DNA of 64,000 bases, taken from the NCBI GenBank assembly GCA_951406725.2, contig OX597827.1, forward strand, positions 13,888,001-13,952,000, written 5' to 3'. Positions 26,497 through 41,081 of the stretch are shown piece after piece. Made by a program: the position numbers and the translations under genes. Source of the stretch: Octopus vulgaris (lineage: Eukaryota). Each line of letters starts with the position of its first letter. The first letter of the stretch is position 1. The notes below the pieces were generated by a model that was not told the DNA's origin, searched no databases, and worked only from the letters and a program-made list of their open reading frames with translations.

Positions 26497-26515
26497 CAGT
26501 AGTGGTGGTGGCAGC

Positions 26516-26556
<41 letters not shown>

Positions 26557-26561
26557 CAGTA

Positions 26562-26610
<49 letters not shown>

Positions 26611-26611
26611 C

Positions 26612-26658
<47 letters not shown>

Positions 26659-26659
26659 C

Positions 26660-26706
<47 letters not shown>

Positions 26707-26707
26707 C

Positions 26708-26772
<65 letters not shown>

Positions 26773-26800
26773 CAGCAGTAGTAGCAGTGACAGCAGTAGC
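25820..26800. repeat. Compound (GGT)/(AGT)/(AGC) trinucleotide satellite
   Basis: Directly visible. It produces the poly-V/A/S/L/T ORFs in the track. Confidence 0.95.
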
Positions 26801-28445
26801 TCCGCTATTGCTGCCACTGTTACTTAGCCTCAAGTTGACTAATTAAGCAGAACCTATAATTACAGGCAGGTGAAGGCATGCAGCTCAGTGGTTAGGGTAT
26901 TTTGCTCACAGGTGTAAGGTCACGAGTTCAGTTCCTGACAGCATGTTATGTCCTTGAGCAAAAACACTTTATTTCACATTGCTCCAGTCCACTCAGCTAG
27001 TAAAAATGAGAGTAGTACCAGTAATTCAAGAGGGCCAGCCTTGTCGCATTCTGTAATCACACCTGAATCAGCTTGGAAACTAATTTAAGAGTACGCTTGT
27101 CTGTGGGGTACTCAGCCACTTGCGTGTTAATTTCATGAGCAGGCTGTTCCATTGATCAGATCAATTGGAACCCTCATCATCATAACTAACAGACTGGTAT
27201 GATCTCAACCATTCCATCCATGTCAGTCCTGTTGATTTTATTTTTCTTGGCTACACAATCTAACATGTTCATGTTCCTCCATTTTTTTTTTCTAAAGAAG
27301 GTAGGGAGTGAGGGAAATTTGGCTGCTTTTTCTCTTGGGTTGAGAAATTACTTAGAGGTTCTCTCATTGGTTTTCTCTTGTATCTTTTACGTGTTTCAGT
27401 CACGGGACTGCGGCCCTGCTGGAGCATTGCTTTGTAGTGTTTAGTCAAACAAATCGACTCCAGCACTTATTCTTTTAGGTGTGATACTTATTTTGTCAGT
27501 CTTTGTTGCACAACTGCTAAGTTATGGAGGATGTAAATAAACAGGCACTGGTTGCCAAGTGGTGTTGAGGGGACAAATATAGACACAAAAGACACACAAA
27601 AGACACATACAAACATACACGCACACACATATTTCTTCCTCACAATTTTAGGCCTTGTGCTCATAGTAGAAAAGATTATCTCAGAGAGCCCCCCCCCCCA
27701 CTTTTTTTTTTAAGCACATCATTTTCTTACATTGGCCGTCATCATTCATCATCATCGTCGTTTAGCGTCTGCTTTCCATGCTAGCATGGGTTGGACGGTT
27801 CAACTGGGGTCTGGGAAGCCAGAAGGCTGCACCAGGCTCCAGTCTGATCTGGCAATGTTTCTACGGCTGGATGCCCTTCCTAATGCCAACCACTCCGTGA
27901 GTGTAGTGGGTGCTTTTAAAGTGCCACCGGCATAGGTGCCAGATGGGGCATAATGTAAATTTTGTCAAGGCAGCAAGCTAGCTGAGTCCTTAAAATACTG
28001 GGCAAAAATGCTTAGCAGCATTTCTTCCAGCTTAAGTTCTGAGTTCAAATACCACGTAGGTCAATTTTCCCTTTCATATATTCTGGGTCGGGTACAATAA
28101 GTAGCAGTCAATCCACAGGGATTGACATAATCAACTATCTCTCTTCCCACAAAATTTCAGGTCTTGTGCCAAAAGTAGAAAGAACTATGTAACCTTTGTC
28201 ATGTTCAGCCATACTTACTTCATTTTGAGCCGTTTAGGCAAATGTCTAAAATAAATGTTTTGGAATAACTGACAAAACCACTGATCCAGGATCAAAGGTT
28301 ATATTTACTAAAGGGACTTCTTAGTTGTTGATTTAGTCAGGCAAATCTGAATTAAGCAGAATAGTTGTAAATCAAAGGTATCCTTGTCATAGCCATCTTG
28401 TCTAAGTCTGTTCAGACACTGTGTATCATGAGCTGCATTATCAAG

Positions 28446-28828
28446 TGGAGGCGCAATGGCCCAATGGTTAGGGCAGCGGACTCGCGGTCGGAGGATCGCG
28501 GTTTCGATTCCCAGACAGGGCATTGTGTGTGTTTATTGAGCGAAAACACCTAAAGCTCCATGAGGCTCCGGCAGGGGGTGGTGGCGACCCCTGTTGTACT
28601 CTTTCGCTCCAACTTTCTCTCACTCTTTCTTCCTGTTTCTTGTCCCTGACTTCCTACACAACCGCTGAGCCTGGATGCACATTTATCCATCCGTCGATGC
28701 TCTCGGTGTCGGGGGTTGACCTGCTTTCTCTTCTATGGGTCTTACGAATAGCAAAGGATCATGTTTCAGACTTCTTCCATCTTGCGAGCTCTGGGATGAA
28801 GATCGTTCGCTCAACAGCAACAGCACCA
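28446..28828 (+). mobile_element. SINE with family C head and a distinct body/tail, with TSD
   Basis: GGAGGCGCAATGGCCCAATGGTTAGGGCAGCGGACTCGCGG head, flanked by AGCTGCATTATCAA on both sides. Confidence 0.85.
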
Positions 28829-29067
28829 GCTGCATTATCAAATGTATTCTTACCATTTACTTAAGTTTGTAGGATGAAATATGAATGAAATTTGGTTGCT
28901 CATGTTTGTAGATTGGGTAACCACTGCATAGTGGCCCTCTCAATGTCTATTGGTAATTTTTTCAATGAGTTAAATATTAAATCTAATAAACCAAGAGTGT
29001 TGCAGGATTGAAGGGGCACAGGAACTTCAAATTAGATTAACAGAAACAAAATTGAGAACACTTCTAA

Positions 29068-29481
29068 GGAGGCGAGCTGGCAGAAATGTTAGCACACCTG
29101 GCAAAATGCTTAGCGGTTTTTTGCCTGCCGTTACGTTCTGAGTTCAAATTCTGCCGAGGTCGACTTTGCCTTTCATCCTTTCGGGGTCGATAAATTAAGT
29201 ACCAGTTACGCACTGGGGTCGATGTAATCGAATTAATCCATTTGTCTGTCCTTGATTGTCCCCTCTATGTTTAGCACCTTGTGGGTAATAAAGAAATAGG
29301 TATTTCGTCTGCCATTACATTCTGAGTTCAAATTCTGTCGAGGTCGACTTTGCCTTTCATCCTTTCGGGGTCGATAAATTAAGTACCAGTTACGCACTGG
29401 GGTCGATGTAATCGACTTAATCCGTTTGTCTGTCCTTGTTTGTTCCCTCTATGTTTAGCCTCTTGGGGGCAATAAAGAAAT
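29068..29481 (+). mobile_element. SINE family B partial tandem dimer with TSD
   Basis: The body repeats from ~29298 (second unit lacks the head). Flanked by AGAAACAAAA(T/C)TGAGAACA. Confidence 0.85.
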
Positions 29482-29943
29482 AAGAAACAAAACTGAGAAC
29501 ATTTTTCGAAATGTTGTCATTGTTAGTCATGAGTCAAACTCAATAGAGATGTTAGAATGGCCTATGATCAAACATCAATCTAACCATGACCACACCTTTT
29601 TCTCTTCAGTGATAATGCAACCCAGACAACACTATCCAATATTGTATTGTGAGTTGAGGGATATTTGGTTGCTATTTCTAGCTATTCTAGCAATTATGCA
29701 CAATTGCTTTCCTTGGCTCGTTCTACCAGTGTTGATGACGCAGGCAACTGATTTTAACTTAAAACACAAGTTAAAGGTTGTTGAAATTACTAAGTATATG
29801 AGACTATGTGAAAGACAGACCTGGTTGAATATTTAGTGTTGGCTTACTGGCCAAATACTTGACAAATTTATACCTGAGCCTTTATGCTGTATTGTGCTGT
29901 AAGCAAACAAACAATTCTAAATGGCCAAGTACTCTTCTAGTTG

Positions 29944-30461
29944 GGATCTTTTCGGTTTGAACGGCAGTTTTTTCTAGCGGTGTCATATGAAATTGTCACC
30001 CATAATTATGACCCTAGTATCGATCTATTGCATTTCAATCCATTTTATGGTTAGGGTTAGGGTTAGGGGTGGGGGGAAAGGTATCTTTTTTTCTTCACAA
30101 ATGTAAATAAACCCAATCTGTTTCTTAAACAAGGGACATATTCATACGGCACAGAATGTTTTCACCTCAATAGACGTCATTGATTGGTTGAGATTGCAGA
30201 AAATGAAGAAAAAAAAACAAAAAAAATATCTTACAAACTATAGAATTTTCTCAATAAAGCCAAGAGAAAAAGATGTTTTATAAACACATTCTACCAGGAG
30301 TGGCTGTGTGGTAAGTAGCTTGCTAACCAACCACATGGTTCCGGGTTCAGTCCTACTGTGTGGCATCTTGGGCAAGTGTTTTCTGCTATAGCCCCAGGCC
30401 GACTAATGCCTTGTGAGTGGATTTGGTAGACGGAAACTGAAAGAAGCCTGTCGTATATATG

Positions 30462-30492
<31 letters not shown>

Positions 30493-30773
30493 TTGTGTGT
30501 CTGTGTTTGTCCCCCTAGCATTGCTTGACAACCGATGCTGTTGTGTTTACGTCCCCGTTACTTAGCGGTTTGGCAAAAGAGACAGATAGAATAAGTACTG
30601 GGCTTACAAAGAATAAGTCCCGGGGTCGATTTGCTCGACTAAAGGTGGTGCTCCAGCATGGCCGCAGTCGAATGACTGAAACAAGTAAAAGAGTAAAGAG
30701 AGTATAGGAAGTTTAAAATTTTTTAGTTACCTAGAAATTATGTTAAAAACTGCAGTTCAAACCGAAAAGATCC
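29944..30773. mobile_element. Second TTAGGG-MITE copy with a nested SINE family A (~30296-30703)
   Basis: Same TIRs as the 15262 copy. Perfect 8-bp TSD TCTAGTTG at 29936-29943 and 30774-30781. Confidence 0.92.
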
Positions 30774-33700
30774 TCTAGTTGTAATACGGATAAAAAGATT
30801 GTTGGGGAAGTGGTGAGATATCAGTCACAAATGTAAGATAAAAAAAAAATTGAAGTCATATTCATTACTTTTTCTTTAGCTTGCAAGGTTCAGCTCAAAC
30901 CTTTCCTGTGAGCCTGGTCATAGGCAATCAAAAGCCATTTTAATACATACCACTCATCCCCATTATTCACTGCATGAATGGCAAGACTTCTATGATGCTC
31001 TAATGATGTAATACATTAGAGGGGATTACTTCTCTTTTTATGGAACTGTGTAGCTACGAAATGTGAGCAGTAAAACAGCAAATGTTGAAGAAGCCAAATA
31101 GAGCAGATACAATATTGAAAATCTACAACTGATATTTTAGAAAACCATTGATTTCAGGTGAGCTGGAAAGTGAGTATACATACGCCCCCAGCACACAAAC
31201 ACACACACATACACACACTTGCATGCACACACACATACACACACATACACACACTCACATGCACACATACACACACACATACACACACTCGCATGCACAC
31301 ATACACACACACATACACACACTCGCATGCACACATACACACACACACATACACACACTCGCATGCACACATACACACACACAAACATACACACACTCGC
31401 ATGCACACATACACACACACACACACTTGCATGCACACACGTATATATCTGTTAGTTACCAAATCAGGAAAGAATCCGTTGCTAGAGACATGTGATATGA
31501 ATGGGTTATAACCTGTATTTGCTATACGGCCATATTATTACCATTGGTTTTCATTGTCGATATTGCTCAGAAGAGAAAGAACGAAATTTCTTGGAATGAG
31601 ATTGTTTAGCAGGTTTCAGAAAGAAATGACAAAAGCAATAATGATCTAGAAAAGGGGGTAATTTAGTAGTAGATCAATTGAAACCAACCAGCATGGGCAA
31701 AAAAAAAAAAAAAAAAAAAATCAGTAAGAACAACAACAACAACAACAACAACTACAGCAACAACAACTACAGCAACAACAACTACAGCAACAACAGAAAC
31801 TGATCTAAAAAAAAAAAAAAGCAAATGATAAATAGAGTTTGTGTTGTAAGATTATTTTAAAGTTTTAAAACGATTCGATAATACTGAATATGGTAGCCAC
31901 TAAGAAGTAAATAAATAACTCTGGTGTCAAAACAGACATTTAACCTCGAATATATATAAGACTGAAAAAACAAAAAAAAAAAAAAAATAATAACAATAAC
32001 CCAAAAAAACAAAGACATTTACTTTCCAAGCATACTTTAAAAGTCTTATCTGAAGAATTTTTAATTTTTTTTTCCTTTTCTTTTTCTTTTTTTTTTTTCT
32101 CTTTTTAGCTGCTACTAATCTTTTCAATATGCTATCAAGCTGCTACCGTTTTTCCTCCCCCCCCCCCTACCGACATTCATCTCTCCACTAGCTTTCTCAC
32201 TGAATTAGTAATAATTTACTACAGCGATTCAGTACGATCTGCCTATGCAGTATATCAGAGATGACCAATAAATTTAACAGCAGATGGGGGTTTGAAGCTA
32301 TTTCCTACTTTCTCCGTTTTTACCTTAAGGTTATGGAGTTAGCAGTAAATTATACATATATATTTTTTTTTCTCTCTTTTTATGACATAGGAAGAAGTAC
32401 TTGTACATGAAGATTTTGAAGAAACAGAAAGGAAGGAAGATAAGAAAGGTGTGAGATATTTAAAGAAATCAGAAAGAAAATTTTTTTAAAGAAATTGGTA
32501 AGAAGTGAGAAATGAGTATTTGATTGAAAATGAAGACAATTTAGTGAAATAAATTAAGATTACATGGATATGGAATGAATAAAGTGATAGAATTTGACTT
32601 TAGCTATGCATGATATAGTCACAATCCCTTTAAAATACAACAACAGCTAAGTTTAAAAACCATTATTATTTTCTATTACTTTGATAAAATATCACCATGA
32701 TTCTGTAGAAACAGCATTCCGAAAAGAAATGTGACCTTGAATAAGGGAGAAAAAAAATGTGTCTGTTTTTGATCAATCACTTTCAAACACTTTAGATAGA
32801 TTTTTCTTTCAGAAGTGTAAGCCAGATAAAGTATCTATTTATGTTTTGAAAGACAGATCTCTATGCATTATTCATAAGTTTTCTTTCTTTTGAAGAGATA
32901 AACTAAAAACATGTGAAAGAGCAGAAGACAGAATGTTTGAAATAAAGAGGGGGAGAGAGAGAGAGGATGGAAATGGGTAAAAGATGAGAGATAAATGAGA
33001 TGGAGAATGAGAGCAGATGGGGAAAAGAGTAAGAGGAAAAGATTGAAAGATAAAGTATATGTGAAAAAGAAAGTGGAAAGGTTGAGAGAGAGATTGAATG
33101 TGAAAAAGAGACAGAAATTAGTTAAAAGTGACAAAAGAGGAGATGCAGAGCATTGAGTCATGGCTTATATTTAAAGTCTACACCAATATAATCAAATATC
33201 TAGCAGAGATAGTTTATTGATAAAATTGCATCAATACCATCAATAGATGTTTGCCATTGTTAATAATGTGTAATTAACACACATTATACTACTTTTCATC
33301 CAGTTATTGTCTTCACACATTACATTTTTTTCCCTCGGTTGCTCACCAACTAACTGTTTATTAGATTTACATATGACAGAAGAGAAACTCACCAGAGATA
33401 TTAAACACCATTTATACAGACACACCTAATTATATGTGCCAACTCAATTAGCCACAGAATGGCTTAGATTAATAGAGTAACTTCCCCTAGAAAATCATGA
33501 AACCATAATTTTTCAGTAATTGTTTGCTTATCTCTCATATTGAAAACTCAACTTTTACATTTTGTAAATTGTTTATTCCTGGCTTTCAGAAATACTCTAT
33601 TTGACGTACTCTCATGGGAAATGAACCAGCTATCACTGATTTATAAAACTATAGCCATTATGCTGTAAATTTGCATTGCAAAATTGGAACTGTGCAACAC

Positions 33701-34136
33701 ACCAAGCCAACTTTGTTTGGAAAAATTCTTGGAAAAATAAAGAGAAAATTGGCTAATTTTTTGGATAGACTAATGGCTATGATATTTCAGTGCAATTTTC
33801 ACATATTTGAAAAACATAACAACATCAGCAATAAAATAATCAATAACCAAGCTAAAACAAATTTACTGCTTTTTCCTTTTTTTTTTTTTTTTGTTTCATC
33901 ATTTCCCACCAAATCTATCATATTTATCTTCATATATATATAATCTCTCTCTCTCTCTCTCTCTCCCTTTCTTCCTTCCTTCACCCTCCACATCATTCCT
34001 GTTTTACTCTTTTTAGCTCTTTCCCTCTTTAGTGCCTCTTCTCTCTTTATCAATGTTCATACTCAAACACTTGCTCTTCTTTTCTACTCTCCTTTCTCTC
34101 TCACTTTCTCACCTCCATTCACGCACACAAAAACAG

Positions 34137-34169
<33 letters not shown>

Positions 34170-34697
34170 TCTACACATCCACATGCTCCTGTACTCCCTT
34201 CCTTCCTCTTTCCCCCATCCTTTCGTTTTGAATATCTTCTCACTAATTTTAAGTATTATCAGGTGATTTACAACTTGCAAAACATTTCACTGGGTTTCAA
34301 CATACAAGACTTTTTGAAGACTTAACAACTACAGAAGTGAATGAAGGAAGTAGGAACCATTACAGAGAGCCTAGTTTGCTCACATCTATCAATATCTATT
34401 TTGTCATCTATGTCTATATAGATATCCTTATAACACAATTTATTTACTTATAACACCCCAACTATGATACATACATTCTTATACATTCTTATACATTCAA
34501 ACATATATACATACATACACACACACATATATATATGTATGTATATATATATATATATATTATGTATATACATAAATGCATATATATATGTATATACATA
34601 AATGCATATATATATATATATATATACACATATATATACATACATACACACATATATATATATACACATATATATATACACACACATATATATATAT

Positions 34698-34734
<37 letters not shown>

Positions 34735-34883
34735 CACAAGCACTCATACACACACATTTAAATGTATGTATATGTGTGGATATATAACCATGAATACACA
34801 TTTTGTATATATGCATGTGTGTGTGTATGTATGTATGTATGTATGTATCTATCTATCTATGTATCTATGTATGTATGTATGTA

Positions 34884-34914
<31 letters not shown>

Positions 34915-35251
34915 ATGCATATATACAAAAACAACAAGAGCAACATACATGGACAAATATTATATATGTATACTTACATCTAAAAGTATATACATATATT
35001 TTATTGTGTGTGTGCATGTGTGTATGTGTGTATGTATATATTAATGAAATTTTTATTAATAAAATTTATAGTGTGCTTTAATGAAATTTATATATATATA
35101 CATATATAAAAAAAAAACCATATCAGTATTTCTGCTTTATCTCTTTTTTTCTTTTTTTGTCTTCCTCTTCTTGTCTGTCTTCACTTATAAAGGTAAATAC
35201 CAGAACAGTACACACACACACACACACACACACAACTTGTATATAATGAAA

Positions 35252-35304
<53 letters not shown>

Positions 35305-35535
35305 TGGAACAGAGAGAGAGAGAGAGAGCAATAAGATCAGTGTTGAAGCCATGGAAATAAAATTTTCATTGCAAAAGTCAATTAGCTTACTAAGTGGAAT
35401 TTTAGCTTGCCAGAATTTTCTTCAGCTAGCTTTGAAAAGAAAGTTTTTATGGCATAGCATCAGACAAACTGAATGTGTGAATAAATTTTGATTGAAATGT
35501 ACTGCCATTGACAAGAATTTAAGAAACACCTATAT

Positions 35536-35583
<48 letters not shown>

Positions 35584-35642
35584 ACACACAAACATATATT
35601 TATGGATGTATGTGTGGTGTATGTGTGTATGCGCATATATGC

Positions 35643-35675
<33 letters not shown>

Positions 35676-35857
35676 TGTATGTATGTATGTATGTATGTAT
35701 GTATGTATGTATGTATGCATGTATGTATGCATATATATATATATATAAACATATGTATAATACATATATATATATATATAATATCATATATAAATGTACA
35801 TATGTACATATATATATATATACATATATAAATGTACATATGTACATATATATATAC

Positions 35858-35998
<141 letters not shown>

Positions 35999-36188
35999 AG
36001 AAAATGCAATAGCAATGAAACATTTGTACAATTGTCAGGTAGTCATATACATACTCACACACACACACACACACAGTATACACATACACACCCACAAATA
36101 TAAATGCACACATGTGTGTGTGTGTTTTTGCATGTATGTGTGTGTGTGTGTGTGTGTGTGTTTGTATGTGTAAGTGTGTCTGTGTGTA

Positions 36189-36228
<40 letters not shown>

Positions 36229-36263
36229 TACACACAGACACACTCACACATACAAACACACAT

Positions 36264-36313
<50 letters not shown>

Positions 36314-37642
36314 CTATAACTGTTGGCTTGTCTTTCTATTGCTCATAGTGCATAGTTTGTCGCGAATCCTCACATACAAGTATATGTATGAATATAAGTC
36401 TGGGAAGTGAGTATGTATAAGTGTTTTCCTGTGTCTGTACAATTGTTTCTGTATGATATGTGTATTGTATGTATCCACTATCCCTCCGCCCGCCCCCCCA
36501 CACACATGCACATACACATTCAGGCGGTGAAATAAACTAAATTAGACTTATTGGTCAATGAGTCATGCATTCAAATCTACAAGTGTTTCTAGACATGACA
36601 TTTAATTCTACATTGTTTTAGTTCACGTAGCTGTTGAGAATAAATATATTAAGCTTATATGTTAGTAAAGTTACCTTTGAGAGACTAGCATTCTGCCCAG
36701 AGAGAGAAGGAGGAAGGGAGAGAGGGAGGAGAGAGAAAGAGAAAGTGAGATACAGAGTGAGGGTAATAGAAAGCAACAGAGGCAAAGAATCAGATGTTTA
36801 TTTAGACTATGGGGAGCTTCTAAGAAGAACTTTATCAACAAATAAGGAAGTTCTTTTGGGACTCCCTTCTTTAAATGCTAGTTTTCAACATACACAAACA
36901 TTTTCTGAGACTATAGGAAATTCCCTTGTCTGGATATGATGTACCACCAGCAGCTTTCTCTCCCTTCTCTCATAGGATTAGAAACAATGGCATATGGCTG
37001 TTTATGGCATCCTTAGGAAGGTTTGCTTCTGTTTATATAGATTCCAAATTGGTCTAATTTCCAACTCAAAGTTGCAAGTTTCAAAACGGTTGTGTGTGTG
37101 TGTAGGGTGGAAAGGGTTGGCGCAGAAGCTTTCAGGGTCTCTGTACATTTGGCAATTTTATTGATGAGGGTATCTCCATAACAATATGAGCATAGATGGG
37201 TTTTCAATTTTACCACGCAATGTCTTGGACAAATGTTATCTGTTATAAGCTCAGTTTGCCAGCCATCTTGTGAGTGGAATATGGTAAAGAGAAACAGTGT
37301 GGAAGATTGTTGAAGGGTAGAGTAGAATTAAGATCCACCCCACTTTCTTTTATTTTTTGGTTTAAGACCACCAACTGACTTATAGATGAATTTATCACAG
37401 AGCAATCTGATAATAACCTTCCTTTTCAAGAGTATCAGATCCCCAGGAAAGAGTAATGGTATAAAGAGTATAAAGCTATAAAATAAAAAGAAAAGCTAAA
37501 GAGTAAGTCTGGTATATTCATTTGAGGCAGTATCCAAAGCTCTATCTGCGACGATTTTATCTATCATATTGTTTGAGAGCTATTTATCCTGAGATAACCT
37601 CTCTCACTCACTGATGTGTTGTGTTAAAAACATAATGAATAG

Positions 37643-37992
37643 GTGCAGAAGTGGCTGTGTGGTAAGTAGCTTGCTTACCAACCACATGGTTCCGGGTTCA
37701 GTCCCACTGCGTGGCACTTTGAGCAAGTGTCTTCTGCTATAGCCCCGGGCCAACCAATGCCTTGTGAGTGGATTTGTAGACAGAAACTGAAAGAAGCCTG
37801 TTGTATATATGTATATATATATATATTGTGTGTGTGTGTGTGTTTGTGTGTCTGTGTTTGTCCCCCGAACATTGCTTGACAACCAATGCTGGTGTGTTTA
37901 CATCCCTGTAACTTAGTGGTTTGGGAAAAGAGGATAGAATAGGTACTGGGCTTACAAAGAATAAGTCCTGGGGTCAACTTGCTCGACTAAAG
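37643..37992 (+). mobile_element. 3'-truncated SINE family A flanked by a 30-bp direct repeat
   Basis: GATGTGTTGTGTTAAAAACATAATGAATAG at 37613-37642 and 37993-38022. Confidence 0.88.
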
Positions 37993-39100
37993 GATGTGTT
38001 GTGTTAAAAACATAATGAATAGCAGAGGGAGACCAAAAGTTCATCTCTATAGTGGCCTGTAGGAATAAATTAATTTTTATCCCCTTCCAGTATTTATTGT
38101 GTTTTTAATACAATAAATATTTACATAAGAAATGTTATCTCGGACAAAAACAACAGATCTGGTTTAGCAATTGTGTTTATACATTGAGTATGATACATAG
38201 ATGGATATTGTAAGGGGAAAGTATCTTTAACTGGCACTCTGTCAATAATGATGACAAGTATTCCAGGTGATCCGATCAAAAAAATGGCCTGCTTGTGAAA
38301 TTCACATGCAAGTGGTTGAATACCCCACAGATAGACATGCCCTTAACAGTTCCCAGGGCGATTCAACTTGACATAGGATGTTTCAAAGCTGGCCCTTTGA
38401 AGTACAGGTACTATTTATTTTTGCGATTTTAGTGGACTGGTGCAATGTGAAATAAAGTGTCTTGCTTAAGGACACAATGTGCCACCAGGAATTGAACTCA
38501 CGACCTTACGATTATGAGCCAAACGCCCTACCCACTAAGCCATGCACTTCCACTGAAAGTATTTTAGTCAGAAATATGTTATACCTCATTACGAATTGAA
38601 AGAGATACAGAAAAGTGAGTATAAGGGAAAATTACATGAAGTGCAGCACAAAGAAAATTTTGGAAATGATAAATGGAAAAGGATAGCATTAAAAAAGAAG
38701 AAAAACAGCTTAATCTGACTTTGTATAAATTATTCATTGGTGGCTTAGCTGTTTGTTGGGGAAAGGCATAGCTGTGTGGTTAAGAAGTTTGATTTGCTGC
38801 TATGTGGTTCCAGAATCTATTCCACAGCTTAGCATCTTGAAAAGATGTTTGACCAGAGTTTTATGAGTGGAATTTGGTCAGCAAAAATAATGTAGAAGCT
38901 TGTCGTGTATGGGTGTATGTGTGTGTGTGTGTGTGTATGTATGCGTGTATGTATGTGTGTGTGTTTGTATATGTATCTAGGCTTGTACCATCTGGGGTAG
39001 AAAACTATGTTTGAGTTACAGCTCTTTAAATTAAAACAGCTTAAAAATAGTTGAGCCATTTGAGGAACAGATATTGATAAATTAAGTACCGGACTAAATT

Positions 39101-39276
39101 AAGCATTGGAGGTACTTCAGCATTGGAGGTACTTCAGCATTGGAGGTACTTCAAGCATTGGAGGTACTTCAAGCATTGGAGATACTTCAAGCATTGGAGG
39201 TACTTCAGCATTAGAGGTACTTCAAGCATTGGAGGTACTTCAGCAATGGAGGTACTTCAAGCATTGGAGGCACTTC
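39101..39276. repeat. Minisatellite, 10 copies of a 17/18-bp unit (A)AGCATTGGAGGTACTTC
   Basis: Counted directly. There are no spacers between units. Confidence 0.95.
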
Positions 39277-40779
39277 AGCTATGATAACACCTAAAATTTA
39301 CCTGGTAAAGTAGAACATATCTTTGTCATTCATATAGTCAATTATTTTATACAAAGAAGTGCTGTACCCAATTACTGGTATAACAGTATGATGATTAGCT
39401 ATTAGAGCAAAGAAGAAACTCTAGAACTGGCAGCTACAGCAACATCAAACTGATGGCTGATATTATGAAATTTTGGGGTATCTAGGAATACATTATCTAA
39501 TGTGACCTTTCTTACTTTCTAAGATGGTAGTTTGTGTAACCTGGTGTGTCAAGGTATGTCTTTTTACATCAAAAGGTAATTGATTTTAACCATTCAATAA
39601 ATAGAGATCAATATGATGAACTAAATCACTTGAAATCAATGTCCTAGCACTGGCACAGTTCAATGACTGAAACCATTAAAAATACTAAACCAAATCACTA
39701 CATAGATAAAGATCAATATCTGGAGATTCCTGATTTCAAATATTGTAGTATAATTTCTTCCTTAAATATGAAAATCTTATATGGAAAATATATTGGGCAC
39801 TTATCTGGAGTATATCTTCTGTTAAGTTTTTGGGTAACTTTCATCATCATCATCATTTAGCGTCCGCTTTCCATGCTAGCATGGGTTGGACGGTCCAACT
39901 GGGGTCTGGGAAGCCAGAAGGCTGCACCAGGCCCAGTCTGATCTGGCAATGTTTCTACAGCTGGATGCCCTTCCTATTGCCAACCACTCCGTGAGTGTAG
40001 TGGGTGCTTTTTATGTGCCACCGACACAGGTGCCAGACGAGGCTGGCAAACGGCCACGGTTGGATGGTGCTTTTTATGTGCCACCAGCACAGGGGGCCAG
40101 GCGAAGCTGGCAACGGCCACGATCGGATGGTGCTTTATACGTACCATCTTCATTCGTGCAATATTTTTTCAATATGTTATATCACACATAATGAACAATA
40201 GTATCGTTGGTTATGAGATTCCAACTGACCAGTCACTGGTTCACCGTATTTCTGGTGACAAGGTGACAAGGGAAAGTCTTTCCCTTGATACAGAGTAAAT
40301 TATCTTGATGAGCTCAGTTTTCCATTTATCTTACTTTATCTTACCAATGTCTGTAAACTTTACCGACATATATATGTGTGTGTGTATACACACACACACA
40401 CACACAAGTGCAAACACGAATAAACACTCATCATCATCGTCATCATCATCATCATTATCTACACCATCACCATCATCGTCAATTTAATAACTGCTTTTAA
40501 ATGCTTTCTATGAGCAGGACAGGATTTTCTCCATCGAAGCATCTTGCCATTCATTTCAGTTTTTTTAATATTCTTCATGAGGCCCAGGTTCCAGGGATCA
40601 GCTTTTACATCCTCTTGTGCCTCCCTCATTCTTCCTCTTCCATGAGTTCCTTCCACTTGAATCATCTGGCACATCTTTATCCAGCTCTCATCTTTCATAT
40701 ACATCACATATCCATAAAAGTACTGTCTCCTCTCTCGTATACTTCACTTGATTTCTCTTGTACCCAATGTTTCTCTAGT

Positions 40780-41081
40780 GGAGGCACATGGCCTAGTGGT
40801 TAGAGCAGCGGACTCGTGGTCGAGGGATCACGGGTTCAAATCTCAGACCGGGCGATGTATGTGTTTATGAGCGAAACACCTAAGCTCCACGCAGCTCAGG
40901 CAGAAGGCAATGGCGAAACTTCTGCTGACTCTTTCACCACAAATTTCTCTCACTCTTTTCTCCTGCATCTTGCAGCTCACCCGCGACAGACCAGTGTCCC
41001 ATCCAGGTGGGGAGCCAATACGCCAAGAAACCAGGAAACCGGCCCTTATGAGCCAGGCATGGCTCGAGAAGAAGGAATAAC
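40780..41081 (+). mobile_element. SINE with family C head and V-domain-like body, with TSD
   Basis: Same as the 19266 copy (CC.GCGAC.GACC.G.GTCCCATCCAGGTGGGG). Flanked by AATGTTTCTCT. Confidence 0.82.

Noticed and set aside
26005-26846. 260-270-aa poly-L/T/C/V/S ORFs on both strands
   Set aside because: A trinucleotide satellite that lacks stops in several frames.
28446-28520. tRNA-like sequences at SINE heads
   Set aside because: They run straight into SINE bodies with TSDs and lack a proper acceptor stem, so they are not tRNA genes.
39101-39276. CRISPR-like appearance of short repeats (also 9640-10040)
   Set aside because: No unique spacers, no cas genes and a eukaryotic context.
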